45,289 nt of DNA from an uncultured Melioribacter sp. (GTDB lineage Bacteria > Bacteroidota > Ignavibacteria > Ignavibacteriales > SURF-24): contig CAZIDB010000005.1 of assembly GCA_964537965.1 (NCBI GenBank), positions 1-45,289 on the forward strand, given 5' to 3'. The translations under genes and the position numbers were made by a program. This document shows, piece by piece, positions 37,124-45,289 of this stretch. Each line of letters opens with the position of its first letter. Position 1 is the stretch's first letter. Under the pieces are notes generated by a model. The model worked only from the letters and a program-made list of their open reading frames with translations, did no database searches and was not told where the DNA came from.

Positions 37124-37615
37124 ATGAAACTTAAGAAGATTTCTGACCTTGTTGGTTTTACTGAAACTGAATTTAAAGTTACCGGCTTTGTGGTGATTGC
37201 TCTGCTGGCAGGACTTATAATAAAATTCTTTAACTTTGAAAAAGCAGTTTACAAACAATATGATTATAAAACGGAAGACAGTCTTTTTTACCAGGGTAAA
37301 TCTGCAAATGAACCTGAAGAAATTAATGTAGTTACTACTAAAGACAGCGTTAAAGTGAAAGTGCTGGGATTAAGTGAAAATAAATTCCCTGAAGCAAAAA
37401 AGAAAACTGTTCTTAAAGAAAAAAGCTTAAACCTGAATACTGCTGCAAAAGAAGATTTGATGAATTTACCCGGAATTGGTGAGAAAACAGCAGAGAATAT
37501 AATTGAGTTCAAAAGAATAAACGGCAGGTATAAAAGTATTGATGAACTGATGAACGTAAAAGGAATTCAGCAGGCAAAATTCAGGAAGATTGAGAAATAT
37601 ATTTACGTGAAATAA
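37124..37615 (+). CDS. comEA: ComEA-like helix-hairpin-helix DNA-binding protein
   Basis: 163-aa ORF. N-terminal TM (VTGFVVIALLAGLII). C-terminal tandem HhH region LNLNTAAKEDLMNLPGIGEKTAENIIEFKRINGRYKSIDELMNVKGI. Confidence 0.75.
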   Translation: MKLKKISDLVGFTETEFKVTGFVVIALLAGLIIKFFNFEKAVYKQYDYKTEDSLFYQGKSANEPEEINVVTTKDSVKVKVLGLSENKFPEAKKKTVLKEKSLNLNTAAKEDLMNLPGIGEKTAENIIEFKRINGRYKSIDELMNVKGIQQAKFRKIEKYIYVK

Positions 37616-37642
37616 AAATCTTATCATTAAAAGAAGTAAACT

Positions 37643-38557
37643 ATGAATGTCTTTCATAATCATATCGGAATCAATCTTACAAATTCCAGGATGCAGCTTG
37701 TAGAAGTTGCGTTTGCAGGTGAAGATTTTATTGTCTCAAATATTGATGAAGCTTATTTTAATGAGTCGCTCGACTTCAATGAAAAGGAAACAAAGATAAG
37801 TTCTTTACTTCAGAATGCTTTTAATGATATTTTAATCAGGAAACCTTTGACTGGTAAACACGTATCTTTTACACTTCCGCAGAATTTATTTTTCATTGCA
37901 GAACTTCCGCTTGAAAACACTTTATTGGACAACGATTTGATGGAGCATCTTCAGTGGGAATTTTCACTCTTGTTTCCATACAACGATATAAAGGATTTCC
38001 ATTTTCAATTTCATAGGATTGATTCTGCTACTCCCGGCAGAGTTGTTGTAGGCGGATTGCATAAGAAATTCATGAAAATTTTATCTGATTTCTGTTCGAG
38101 AAATGAGCTGACATTAAAGTATATTGATACACCTCATTTTGCTTCGGATAATATTCTTAAAACAGATACTGATTTTAGTTCAGGTAAAAAAATTATCAGC
38201 CTTTTCGTTAGTGACGGAAGTGTAACCTTAAATGTCTACAAGGATGAGAAGTATATTGAGTTTCATAAACTGTTTCCTAAAAATGCAGGTGAGATTATTC
38301 CGAAATTAATTGAAGTTATAAAAGACAGCATAGCCGTCGGCGGAGATATTGGTTCAATTTCCAAACTTTATGTCGCCGGTGAAGATATAACCGAAATATT
38401 TTTGGAGAATTTAAAGAAGAACATCAAAGTAGAGGTCGAACGGCATAATCCATTTGACAAGATTAAAATTGACTCATCGTTACTTGAAAGCAATATGCAG
38501 TTCAGTAAACAATATTCCTTTATATCTGCTGCGGGAATTGCATTCAGAATTGTTTAG
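37643..38557 (+). CDS. Hypothetical protein, possible PilM-like actin-fold protein
   Basis: 304-aa ORF. N-terminal IGINLTNSRMQLVEV... and ...HVSFTLPQNLFFIAELPLE...LQWEFSLLFP resemble the PilM N-terminal pattern. There are no adjacent pilN/O/Q genes, so the assignment is weak. Confidence 0.35.
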   Translation: MNVFHNHIGINLTNSRMQLVEVAFAGEDFIVSNIDEAYFNESLDFNEKETKISSLLQNAFNDILIRKPLTGKHVSFTLPQNLFFIAELPLENTLLDNDLMEHLQWEFSLLFPYNDIKDFHFQFHRIDSATPGRVVVGGLHKKFMKILSDFCSRNELTLKYIDTPHFASDNILKTDTDFSSGKKIISLFVSDGSVTLNVYKDEKYIEFHKLFPKNAGEIIPKLIEVIKDSIAVGGDIGSISKLYVAGEDITEIFLENLKKNIKVEVERHNPFDKIKIDSSLLESNMQFSKQYSFISAAGIAFRIV

Positions 38558-38572
38558 CCATAAAAGATAATA

Positions 38573-39124
38573 ATGCGAATAATCTCCGGTTTACATAAAG
38601 GCCGAACTCTAAAAGTACCAGGTTCAAAATTTACAAGACCAACAACCGATAAAGTCCGCGAATCACTTTTTAATATTTTAAATAACACGATTGACTTTGA
38701 TGGTATTGAAGTGCTCGATATTTATGCCGGGTCAGGTTCACTTGGACTTGAAGCATTGAGCAGAGGAGCAGGCAAAGTTGATTTTGTTGAAAAGAATTTT
38801 CCTGTTTATAAAATACTGAGTGAGAATATATCACATCTGAAAGTTGATGAACAGTGTTACATTTATAAAATGGAAGCAATCGGGGTAACCAGATTAGCTA
38901 ACCACAAACAATACCACCTTATACTTGCGGATCCGCCTTTCTTCAAAGATGATATTCATGATGTTGTAAAAAATCTTTTAGCTAATTCCTTCCTTTACGA
39001 TGAAGGAATTATAATAGTTGAAAGATCAATCCAGACAAAAGAAAAAGACATTCAGCAATTCGGAACAGAACCTTTTAAACGAATTGGTGACACTCTTCTA
39101 TACAGGTTTGAAAAGACTACGTGA
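38573..39124 (+). CDS. rsmD: 16S rRNA (guanine966-N2)-methyltransferase RsmD
   Basis: 183-aa ORF with IISGLHKGRTLKVP...TRPTTDKVRESLFNIL, SAM motif LDIYAGSGSLGLEALSRGA, and DPPF. Confidence 0.88.
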   Translation: MRIISGLHKGRTLKVPGSKFTRPTTDKVRESLFNILNNTIDFDGIEVLDIYAGSGSLGLEALSRGAGKVDFVEKNFPVYKILSENISHLKVDEQCYIYKMEAIGVTRLANHKQYHLILADPPFFKDDIHDVVKNLLANSFLYDEGIIIVERSIQTKEKDIQQFGTEPFKRIGDTLLYRFEKTT

Positions 39125-39202
39125 ATTAACCTCTGATGACGTGTTGTTTAATTCGCATCTGCTCTATATTTTTCTATCAGTTGAAATAACGAAGAGTGAT
39201 AT

Positions 39203-39682
39203 ATGCGAAAAGTAATTTATCCCGGTACTTTCGATCCGGTTACGTACGGACACATTGATATTGTAAGAAGAGCAATAGATCTTTTTGATGAAGTTAATGT
39301 AACGATTGCAGTAAATCCGAATAAAGCAGTTACGTTATTCACAGCTGAAGAAAGAATTTTTTTGCTAAAGGAAAGTTTAAAAGAATTTGATAATGTATAC
39401 GTTGATTATTTTACAGGTTTAACCGTTGATCATGCACGTGAAGTTGGTGCAGGAGGGATTATCCGTGGCTTAAGGGCAGTAAGTGATTTTGAATTCGAGT
39501 TTCAGATGGCGCTGATGAACAGGAAACTTGCAGGCGATATTGCAACAATTTTTTTGATGCCGCATGAAAAATATACTTACCTTAATTCATCATTGATAAG
39601 AAACTTAGCCAGCCTTAAAAGTGATGTTAGCGATTTCGTTCCGCCGTGTGTACAGGAAGCTTTGGCTAAGAAGTTTAAATAA
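39203..39682 (+). CDS. coaD: Phosphopantetheine adenylyltransferase
   Basis: 159-aa ORF with YPGTFDPVTYGHIDI (the T/HxGH nucleotidyltransferase motif). It follows rsmD, a conserved pairing. Confidence 0.92.
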   Translation: MRKVIYPGTFDPVTYGHIDIVRRAIDLFDEVNVTIAVNPNKAVTLFTAEERIFLLKESLKEFDNVYVDYFTGLTVDHAREVGAGGIIRGLRAVSDFEFEFQMALMNRKLAGDIATIFLMPHEKYTYLNSSLIRNLASLKSDVSDFVPPCVQEALAKKFK

Positions 39683-39861
39683 TTTTCAATCCATGTTTAT
39701 CGAAACAATAATATCTTATCAATTCAATAATGAATGATAAACAGGATTAATATCTTTATTCAGTTTTAATGTTCGTAAATTGGTTCTTTAAGGGGCATAG
39801 CTTTTGAAAGATATATTTAATTAATCAAATTAAATCTGTGCAATAAACTTTCAGCGTTAAA

Positions 39862-42084
39862 ATGAATATAAAACTAAAGAAACAAACTTCATCTAAAAGC
39901 CCATTCTTACTTTTACTCTTATTCTTACTCTTCTCCATTTTACCGTCGGGTATTTATTCTCAAACAATAATCGCAGCAGATGATCCTAACATACAGTATT
40001 TCGGCAGATGGGATTTTGCAGATCCTTTAGCTCCAACTCACTCCTGGCCCGGCGTTTATATCTATGTTGAATTTGAAGGTACAAGTATCGGCGTTAAGAT
40101 GAATGATAATTTTGATTACTACAATGTTATAATCGATGATACAATACTGACTGTATTTCATGGAACAAATTCGGGAATATCATCTTATACATTAGCGTCC
40201 GGTTTGCCGGAAGGACAACATTCAATTTTATTCGTTAAGCGTAGTGAAACCAACTGGACTAAATTTTCTTTCAATGGTTTTATACTTGATAATGGTAAGA
40301 CTCTTCTTCCTCCAAAAGAAAAACCAGTTAGAAAGATTGAGTTTATCGGCGATTCGTTTACCTGCGCTTCCGGTAATGAATGGACAGATAATTCCGCTCC
40401 TTCGAATGTTGAGAAGTACACAAATATTTATGAGGGTTTTGGTTCCATAACCGCAAGACATTTTAATGCCCAGTATGTTTTGTCAGGTCGTTCTGGTTAC
40501 GGATTAGTACTTGATTATACTGGTAATTACGAAGGTAACCTGCCGGATGTTTTTGACAGGACGGTATTGATTGCAGAAAATCCGAAATGGGATTTTGAAG
40601 GGTGGGTTCCAAATTTAGTGGTTATTTGTCTTGGCTTAAATGATTACTCGGGCTTCGGCGGTTATTCATCAACTGTTGCCCAGGATAAAACTGATTTATA
40701 TAAAACGAGATACCATGAATTTATTGCTCAGATAAGAGATGTTTATCCAGGAGTTAAAATACTTACAGTAGCTGCCCACGTTGAATGGATTCAGAATACG
40801 GTACAGAAAGTTGTGCAGGAAGAAAACGAAAGTGGAAACAAGGATGTATTTTATACTTACTTCCCTTACTACAACGGTGGCTATGTAAATAACGGTCACC
40901 CGAATGTAGAGACTCATCATAAAATTGCCGAGAGATTAATTGCTGCTATTGATACAATAAATGCCTGGGAACCTTATGTTGATAATGTCCCTCCTGAAAT
41001 TGTAAAACTACCGGTGTCACCTTTTACTGTTTACGATACGACTTATACTTTAGAGGTGACAACAGATTCCTATTCAACCTTAAGATACAGCACTGCCGAT
41101 AAGCCTTTTGATGAAATGGAAAATGATTTTACTGTAACAGGCAAACGTGAACATTCAGTTAAAATTTCCTGTGAACATAACCAGCAGTACACAATTTATA
41201 TCAGGGCAGAAGATTTAAATGGAAACGCGATGAGTTCATCCGCTGTAGTTCAGTTTGATGTTGATACAACTAAAATACTTTTAAGCTGGCAGGCTCCCTG
41301 CTATGATGCTTCCTCATGGAAATCCGGACCTACACCAATGGGCACGGTTGGAAAAACAGGTATAAAGACTGAACTGGCTTCGGTTACTACTGCTTACTTC
41401 AGAAAGAAATTTGAAATTCAGAATTATGAAACCCTTATTGGTTTTGGTTTGATGATAAAAGGAAATGATGGTGCGGTAGTTTATCTTAATGGTCATGAAG
41501 TAGAAAGAATTAATATGTTTACCGACGAAGAAGTTCTCTATAATACACTTGCAATAGAACCGCAGAATATGACCAAAATGGTGGTTATAAATTCAGCCAA
41601 AGGATTGGACAAACTTCATAATGGTGAAAATGTGGTAACTGTTGAAATTCACTCCAGTAATTCTGCAGCACCGGGTTTGTTGTTTGATTCACAGCTGTTT
41701 GATAACACAAACAAAATTTATTACAAGCTTGGTTCGGACTGGTCTTATTACGATGCGGGCAATACTCCTGAAGATCAGCTTACAAACAAAACGACGGATG
41801 TTGCTACCCCATCTGTTCCTGTTGAAACAACTTTACATGCAAACTACCCGAATCCTTTTAATCCGGAAACAAACATCTCATTTTCACTAAAAGAAAAAAG
41901 CAAAGTTGAATTGAAAGTCTACGATATGCTGGGAAAAGAAGTTTGTGCTCTTACTGATAAAGAATTAAATCCAGGGAGACATAGCTATAAATTTGATGCC
42001 GGTAATTTATCGTCGGGAATTTATTTTTACAGGCTTAAGACAGGTTCATTTATTAGCTCAAGAAAGATGATCCTGATTAAATAG
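39862..42084 (+). CDS. Secreted SGNH/GDSL hydrolase (CE2-like carbohydrate esterase architecture) with extra beta-sandwich domains and T9SS C-terminal sorting domain
   Basis: 740-aa ORF with a signal peptide ending IYS|Q. N-terminal beta-sandwich region. SGNH blocks FIGDSFTCASGNE, SGRSGYG, CLGLNDY and NNGHPN. A jelly-roll-like region (AYFRKKFEI...DGAVVYLNGHEVER). T9SS CTD NYPNPFNPETNISF...GIYFYRLK. Confidence 0.75.
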   Translation: MNIKLKKQTSSKSPFLLLLLFLLFSILPSGIYSQTIIAADDPNIQYFGRWDFADPLAPTHSWPGVYIYVEFEGTSIGVKMNDNFDYYNVIIDDTILTVFHGTNSGISSYTLASGLPEGQHSILFVKRSETNWTKFSFNGFILDNGKTLLPPKEKPVRKIEFIGDSFTCASGNEWTDNSAPSNVEKYTNIYEGFGSITARHFNAQYVLSGRSGYGLVLDYTGNYEGNLPDVFDRTVLIAENPKWDFEGWVPNLVVICLGLNDYSGFGGYSSTVAQDKTDLYKTRYHEFIAQIRDVYPGVKILTVAAHVEWIQNTVQKVVQEENESGNKDVFYTYFPYYNGGYVNNGHPNVETHHKIAERLIAAIDTINAWEPYVDNVPPEIVKLPVSPFTVYDTTYTLEVTTDSYSTLRYSTADKPFDEMENDFTVTGKREHSVKISCEHNQQYTIYIRAEDLNGNAMSSSAVVQFDVDTTKILLSWQAPCYDASSWKSGPTPMGTVGKTGIKTELASVTTAYFRKKFEIQNYETLIGFGLMIKGNDGAVVYLNGHEVERINMFTDEEVLYNTLAIEPQNMTKMVVINSAKGLDKLHNGENVVTVEIHSSNSAAPGLLFDSQLFDNTNKIYYKLGSDWSYYDAGNTPEDQLTNKTTDVATPSVPVETTLHANYPNPFNPETNISFSLKEKSKVELKVYDMLGKEVCALTDKELNPGRHSYKFDAGNLSSGIYFYRLKTGSFISSRKMILIK

Positions 42085-42093
42085 AAATACGGA

Positions 42094-45000
42094 ATGATGA
42101 AACCGAAATCTGTTTTATTGTTTTGTATTTGGATTTTTATGGAAACCTGCACTGCCCAGGTTTCCAAAGTTTATATTAACGAGATTCTTGCTTCTAACAC
42201 TTCAACAAATGTCAGCTATGATTTTTCCGAGTATTGCGACTGGATTGAAATAGTAAATTTCAATCCGATAGTAATTGATCTTTCCGGGTATTATTTAAGT
42301 GATGATACAGCAAATCCTTATAAATGGAAAATTCCGGATCATTCACTAATTGGTTCAGTAAATGCCAAATTATTCTGGGCTGACGGCAGAGATACTCTTC
42401 TCCATACAAATTTCAAACTTGATAAGGAAGGAGAATATATTGGACTGTACGATCCTTCCGGTAATGTGGTTGATTCAATAACATTCGGGCAGCAGAAAAA
42501 TGATATGTCCTTCGGCAGGCTTTCGGGTGATATTAATTCATGGGGGTATTTCTCTCATCCAACCCCGTTAAAAATAAATAGTGCAGAATACATTAATGGC
42601 TTTACTAAAGAACCGGAATTTTCATTTAAAGGAGGATTTTATAAAGGGCATCAGCAATTATCTTTATCCTCAAATGATCCGTCTGCAGAAATCAGGTTTA
42701 CCACAAACGGTACTCCGCCTGATGGTTCATCCGAACTTTATACTAAACCAATAGAGTTGGATTCAACCACTGCAATAAGAGCAAAAGCTTTTTCAGAAGG
42801 AATGGTACCTAGCGAAGTTGTAACACAAACTTATTTTATAAATGAAGAGATTGATCTTCCTGTTGTTTCTATTGTAACAGACCCGGGTAACTTTTTTGAT
42901 GATAAAATCGGAATTTATGTCACCGGAACAAACGGCACTTACGGCGAATGCGATCCTAAAATTCGTAATGTAAACCAGGACTGGGAACGCCCGGTTAATT
43001 TTGAGTTTTATGAATCAACAGGTGAACAGAGAATTAATCAGTTGGCAGGAATAAAAATTTTCGGCGGCTGTTCACGTACAAGGTATCCGCAAAAATCTCT
43101 GGCGCTGTTTGCTCGTAGCGATTACGGTAAAAGTTCATTTGAATATAAATTTTTTGCTGATAAGAATATTGATAAATTCGAATCCGTTTTATTGCGAAGT
43201 GCTTCTGATGACCAGGTCTTTACAATGTTCCGTGATGGATTGGCTCACACTATTCTGTCAAAAGAACTTGATATTGATTATCAGGCATTTCGGCCGGCTG
43301 TGGTTTTTCTGAACGGAGAATACTGGGGCATTCACAACATAAGGGAAAAAATTAATGAACATTATTTTGAAGAGAATTTTAATGTTCCGGCAAGTGAAAT
43401 TGATCTGCTGGAAAGGAATGCAAACATTCTTACCGGTACTGCTACTGCATACAACAATATGCTGAACTATGTCAGATCCAAGGACATGGCTCAGACTGTT
43501 CATTATGAATATGTTAAAACATTGATGGATGTTGATCAGTATATAAATTATCAAATAGGTCATATCTATCTTGCAGAAAGAGACTGGCCAGGAAATAATA
43601 TAAGATTCTGGAAAGCAAACTCGGGTAACTATAAAAAATGGCGCTGGATTAATTACGATATGGACCAGGTTTTTATTTATACAACTACAAATTCAATTGC
43701 TGTTGCTGCAGCTTCAAACGGACCAAACTGGCCTAATCCACCATGGTCAACCCTGCTGTTCAGAAGACTATTAATGAACAAGGAATTTAAAAATAAATTT
43801 ATCCAGAGATATGCTTATTTAATGAATACGCTTTTTGAACCCGGTAATGTAATTCAATATATCGATAGCCTGCAGAATATAATTGCCAAAGAAATTCCAA
43901 GACATATAACCAAATGGGGCGGTAAAGTTGATCCGGATTTTAGTGAGGTGGGATGGACGCCTGAACCAACATTTAATTCTGTTGAGGAGTGGAATGAAAA
44001 TGTTGAAGAACTTAGAGAGTTTGCCGGAGAAAGACAGAACTATTCCTGGAAACATATGATGGAGTATTTTAAAATAAGTGATACAGTTTGTATTACAATC
44101 TCATCCAATATTCCGGAAGCAGGTGAAGTAAAATTTTTCAATTGGCAAATACATGAACCTGATTTGAAAGGTAAATACTTTAAAGGAATTCCTTTTACTG
44201 TTGAAGCCGTGCCTTACTTTGGTTACAGGTTTTTATACTGGAAGCATGGTGATTCAACAAAACACAAATCGTGCATAGAAATAATACCCGACAAAGATTC
44301 TTTGCTAATAGTTTACTTTGAGAAGGAAGTGTTAAGCGATAGTAACCTTGTCATTATAAATGAAATAAATTATAACTCATCAGATTTGTTCAATAGCGAA
44401 GATTGGATTGAGTTATACAATAGGAGGTATGCACCTGTTAATCTGTCTGGCTGTATATTGAAAGATGAAAATGAAGAATCTCCTTTTATTTTTCCTGAAG
44501 GCACTGTGATTGGAGCCAATAGTTTTTTAGTCGTTTGCAAAGATACTAACTCGTTCAATTCATGTTTCCCGTTGGTAGCGAATAAGACAGGTAATTTAGG
44601 TTACGGCTTAAATAATAAAGGTGAAGTTGTAAGATTGTATTCTTCTAATGGTTTGCTTATAGATTCAGTTCATTACGATAATAAATCCCCCTGGCCCGTT
44701 GAGGCTGACGGTACCGGTGCAACATTAGAACTAAAAGCTCCGATGCTTGATAATAATTTACCAGGCAACTGGATTTCTGCTGCAGGTAAATATGGTACAC
44801 CAGGATACATAAACTCAACATTAATGGAAGTTGAATCCGCTAATCCGGATGCCAATCCAACTGAATTTATACTTTACCAGAATTATCCGAATCCATTTAA
44901 TCCAACAACAAAAATAAAATATACAATCCCAGCCTCCCTAAATCCCTCCCAAGGAGGGACTTTAATATCATTAAATGTATATGATATTCTTGGGAATGAA

Positions 45001-45144
45001 GTTATAACTATTGTTAATGAAGAACAACCTGCGGGAGAATATGAAGTAGAGATGAACGGAAGTAAATTATCAAGCGGAATTTACTTTTACCAGCTAAAAG
45101 CCGGAAGTTATGTTCATACAAGGAAATTAATTCTCCTTAAATAA
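42094..45144 (+). CDS. Secreted CotH-family protein with two lamin-tail-like domains, chitobiase/Hex C-terminal-like domain and T9SS C-terminal sorting domain
   Basis: 1016-aa ORF with a signal peptide ending CTA|Q. LTD-like segments (VYINEILASN...DWIEIVN... and VIINEINYNS...DWIELYN...). A CHB_HEX_C-like segment (EIRFTTNGTPPDGSSELYTKPIELDSTTAIRAKAF). A central CotH-like region (FRDGLAHTI...GEYWGIHNIREK...NNIRFWK). T9SS CTD NYPNPFNPTTKIKY...GIYFYQLK. Confidence 0.7.
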   Translation: MMKPKSVLLFCIWIFMETCTAQVSKVYINEILASNTSTNVSYDFSEYCDWIEIVNFNPIVIDLSGYYLSDDTANPYKWKIPDHSLIGSVNAKLFWADGRDTLLHTNFKLDKEGEYIGLYDPSGNVVDSITFGQQKNDMSFGRLSGDINSWGYFSHPTPLKINSAEYINGFTKEPEFSFKGGFYKGHQQLSLSSNDPSAEIRFTTNGTPPDGSSELYTKPIELDSTTAIRAKAFSEGMVPSEVVTQTYFINEEIDLPVVSIVTDPGNFFDDKIGIYVTGTNGTYGECDPKIRNVNQDWERPVNFEFYESTGEQRINQLAGIKIFGGCSRTRYPQKSLALFARSDYGKSSFEYKFFADKNIDKFESVLLRSASDDQVFTMFRDGLAHTILSKELDIDYQAFRPAVVFLNGEYWGIHNIREKINEHYFEENFNVPASEIDLLERNANILTGTATAYNNMLNYVRSKDMAQTVHYEYVKTLMDVDQYINYQIGHIYLAERDWPGNNIRFWKANSGNYKKWRWINYDMDQVFIYTTTNSIAVAAASNGPNWPNPPWSTLLFRRLLMNKEFKNKFIQRYAYLMNTLFEPGNVIQYIDSLQNIIAKEIPRHITKWGGKVDPDFSEVGWTPEPTFNSVEEWNENVEELREFAGERQNYSWKHMMEYFKISDTVCITISSNIPEAGEVKFFNWQIHEPDLKGKYFKGIPFTVEAVPYFGYRFLYWKHGDSTKHKSCIEIIPDKDSLLIVYFEKEVLSDSNLVIINEINYNSSDLFNSEDWIELYNRRYAPVNLSGCILKDENEESPFIFPEGTVIGANSFLVVCKDTNSFNSCFPLVANKTGNLGYGLNNKGEVVRLYSSNGLLIDSVHYDNKSPWPVEADGTGATLELKAPMLDNNLPGNWISAAGKYGTPGYINSTLMEVESANPDANPTEFILYQNYPNPFNPTTKIKYTIPASLNPSQGGTLISLNVYDILGNEVITIVNEEQPAGEYEVEMNGSKLSSGIYFYQLKAGSYVHTRKLILLK

Positions 45145-45289
45145 TAATTCTTACTTTAAAACTAGAAAAAAAACTATTAAAAAATGTAAAGGTTCACACT
45201 AACCTGCATCAGTAGTTTTTTAAGAAGAATGAAAGAAGACTGATTGTAATTACCAGGAGTGAAACGATGAAGTAATCAATGGAATTAAT

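Noticed and set aside
1-45289. Signs of a horizontally acquired island: tRNA flank, integrase, transposase, or an abrupt composition shift around the SNF2-like module or the signalling island.
   Set aside because: I found no such genes or tRNA-like sequences. Base composition looks uniformly AT-rich by eye. A quantitative GC-skew or k-mer analysis would be needed to be sure.

Overview
This is an AT-rich 45.3-kb chromosomal window. It looks like an Ignavibacteria-like or other FCB-superphylum genome. That placement is an inference from three type IX secretion (T9SS) C-terminal sorting domains (NYPNPFN...GIYFY), a Gln-after-signal-peptide pattern, and gene content. All family calls come from motif recognition by eye; no homology search was possible. 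I support 34 protein-coding genes and see no rRNA, tRNA, CRISPR array, transposase, integrase or prophage genes.

Layout:
- hemW.
- A signal-transduction island (1269-10176): a CHASE4-PAS sensor with no output domain, a 1603-aa histidine kinase with about ten PAS domains, a REC-LytTR regulator and a REC-histidine kinase hybrid.
- An 886-bp non-coding stretch (10177-11062) with phased direct repeats, a row of hairpins and a terminator, followed by a 5'-truncated T9SS cargo gene.
- A MORN/YwqK-repeat protein.
- A menaquinone operon, menF-D-H-B-A-E plus a hotdog thioesterase, with no menC.
- marR, prmA, a glutaminyl-cyclase-like M28 lipoprotein, and a TatD-radical SAM fusion.
- A TonB-dependent receptor flanked by two small lipoproteins.
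- A two-gene module: an unknown 176-aa protein plus a 980-aa SNF2-like/Mrr-like protein whose catalytic motifs are degenerate.
- purM, hrcA-grpE-dnaJ, comEA, a pilM-like gene, rsmD and coaD.
- Two large T9SS cargo proteins (an SGNH esterase and a CotH/lamin-tail protein).

Best candidates for something undescribed:
1. The small-protein plus degenerate SNF2/Mrr operon (29201-32676).
2. A duplicated promoter module of about 55 bp carrying 21-bp-phased TTACAAC repeats, which fit LytTR binding sites. One copy appears to drive a structured, terminator-ended non-coding transcript of about 370 nt with an 8-C/CCC tract (10300-10670).
3. The TatD-radical SAM fusion.
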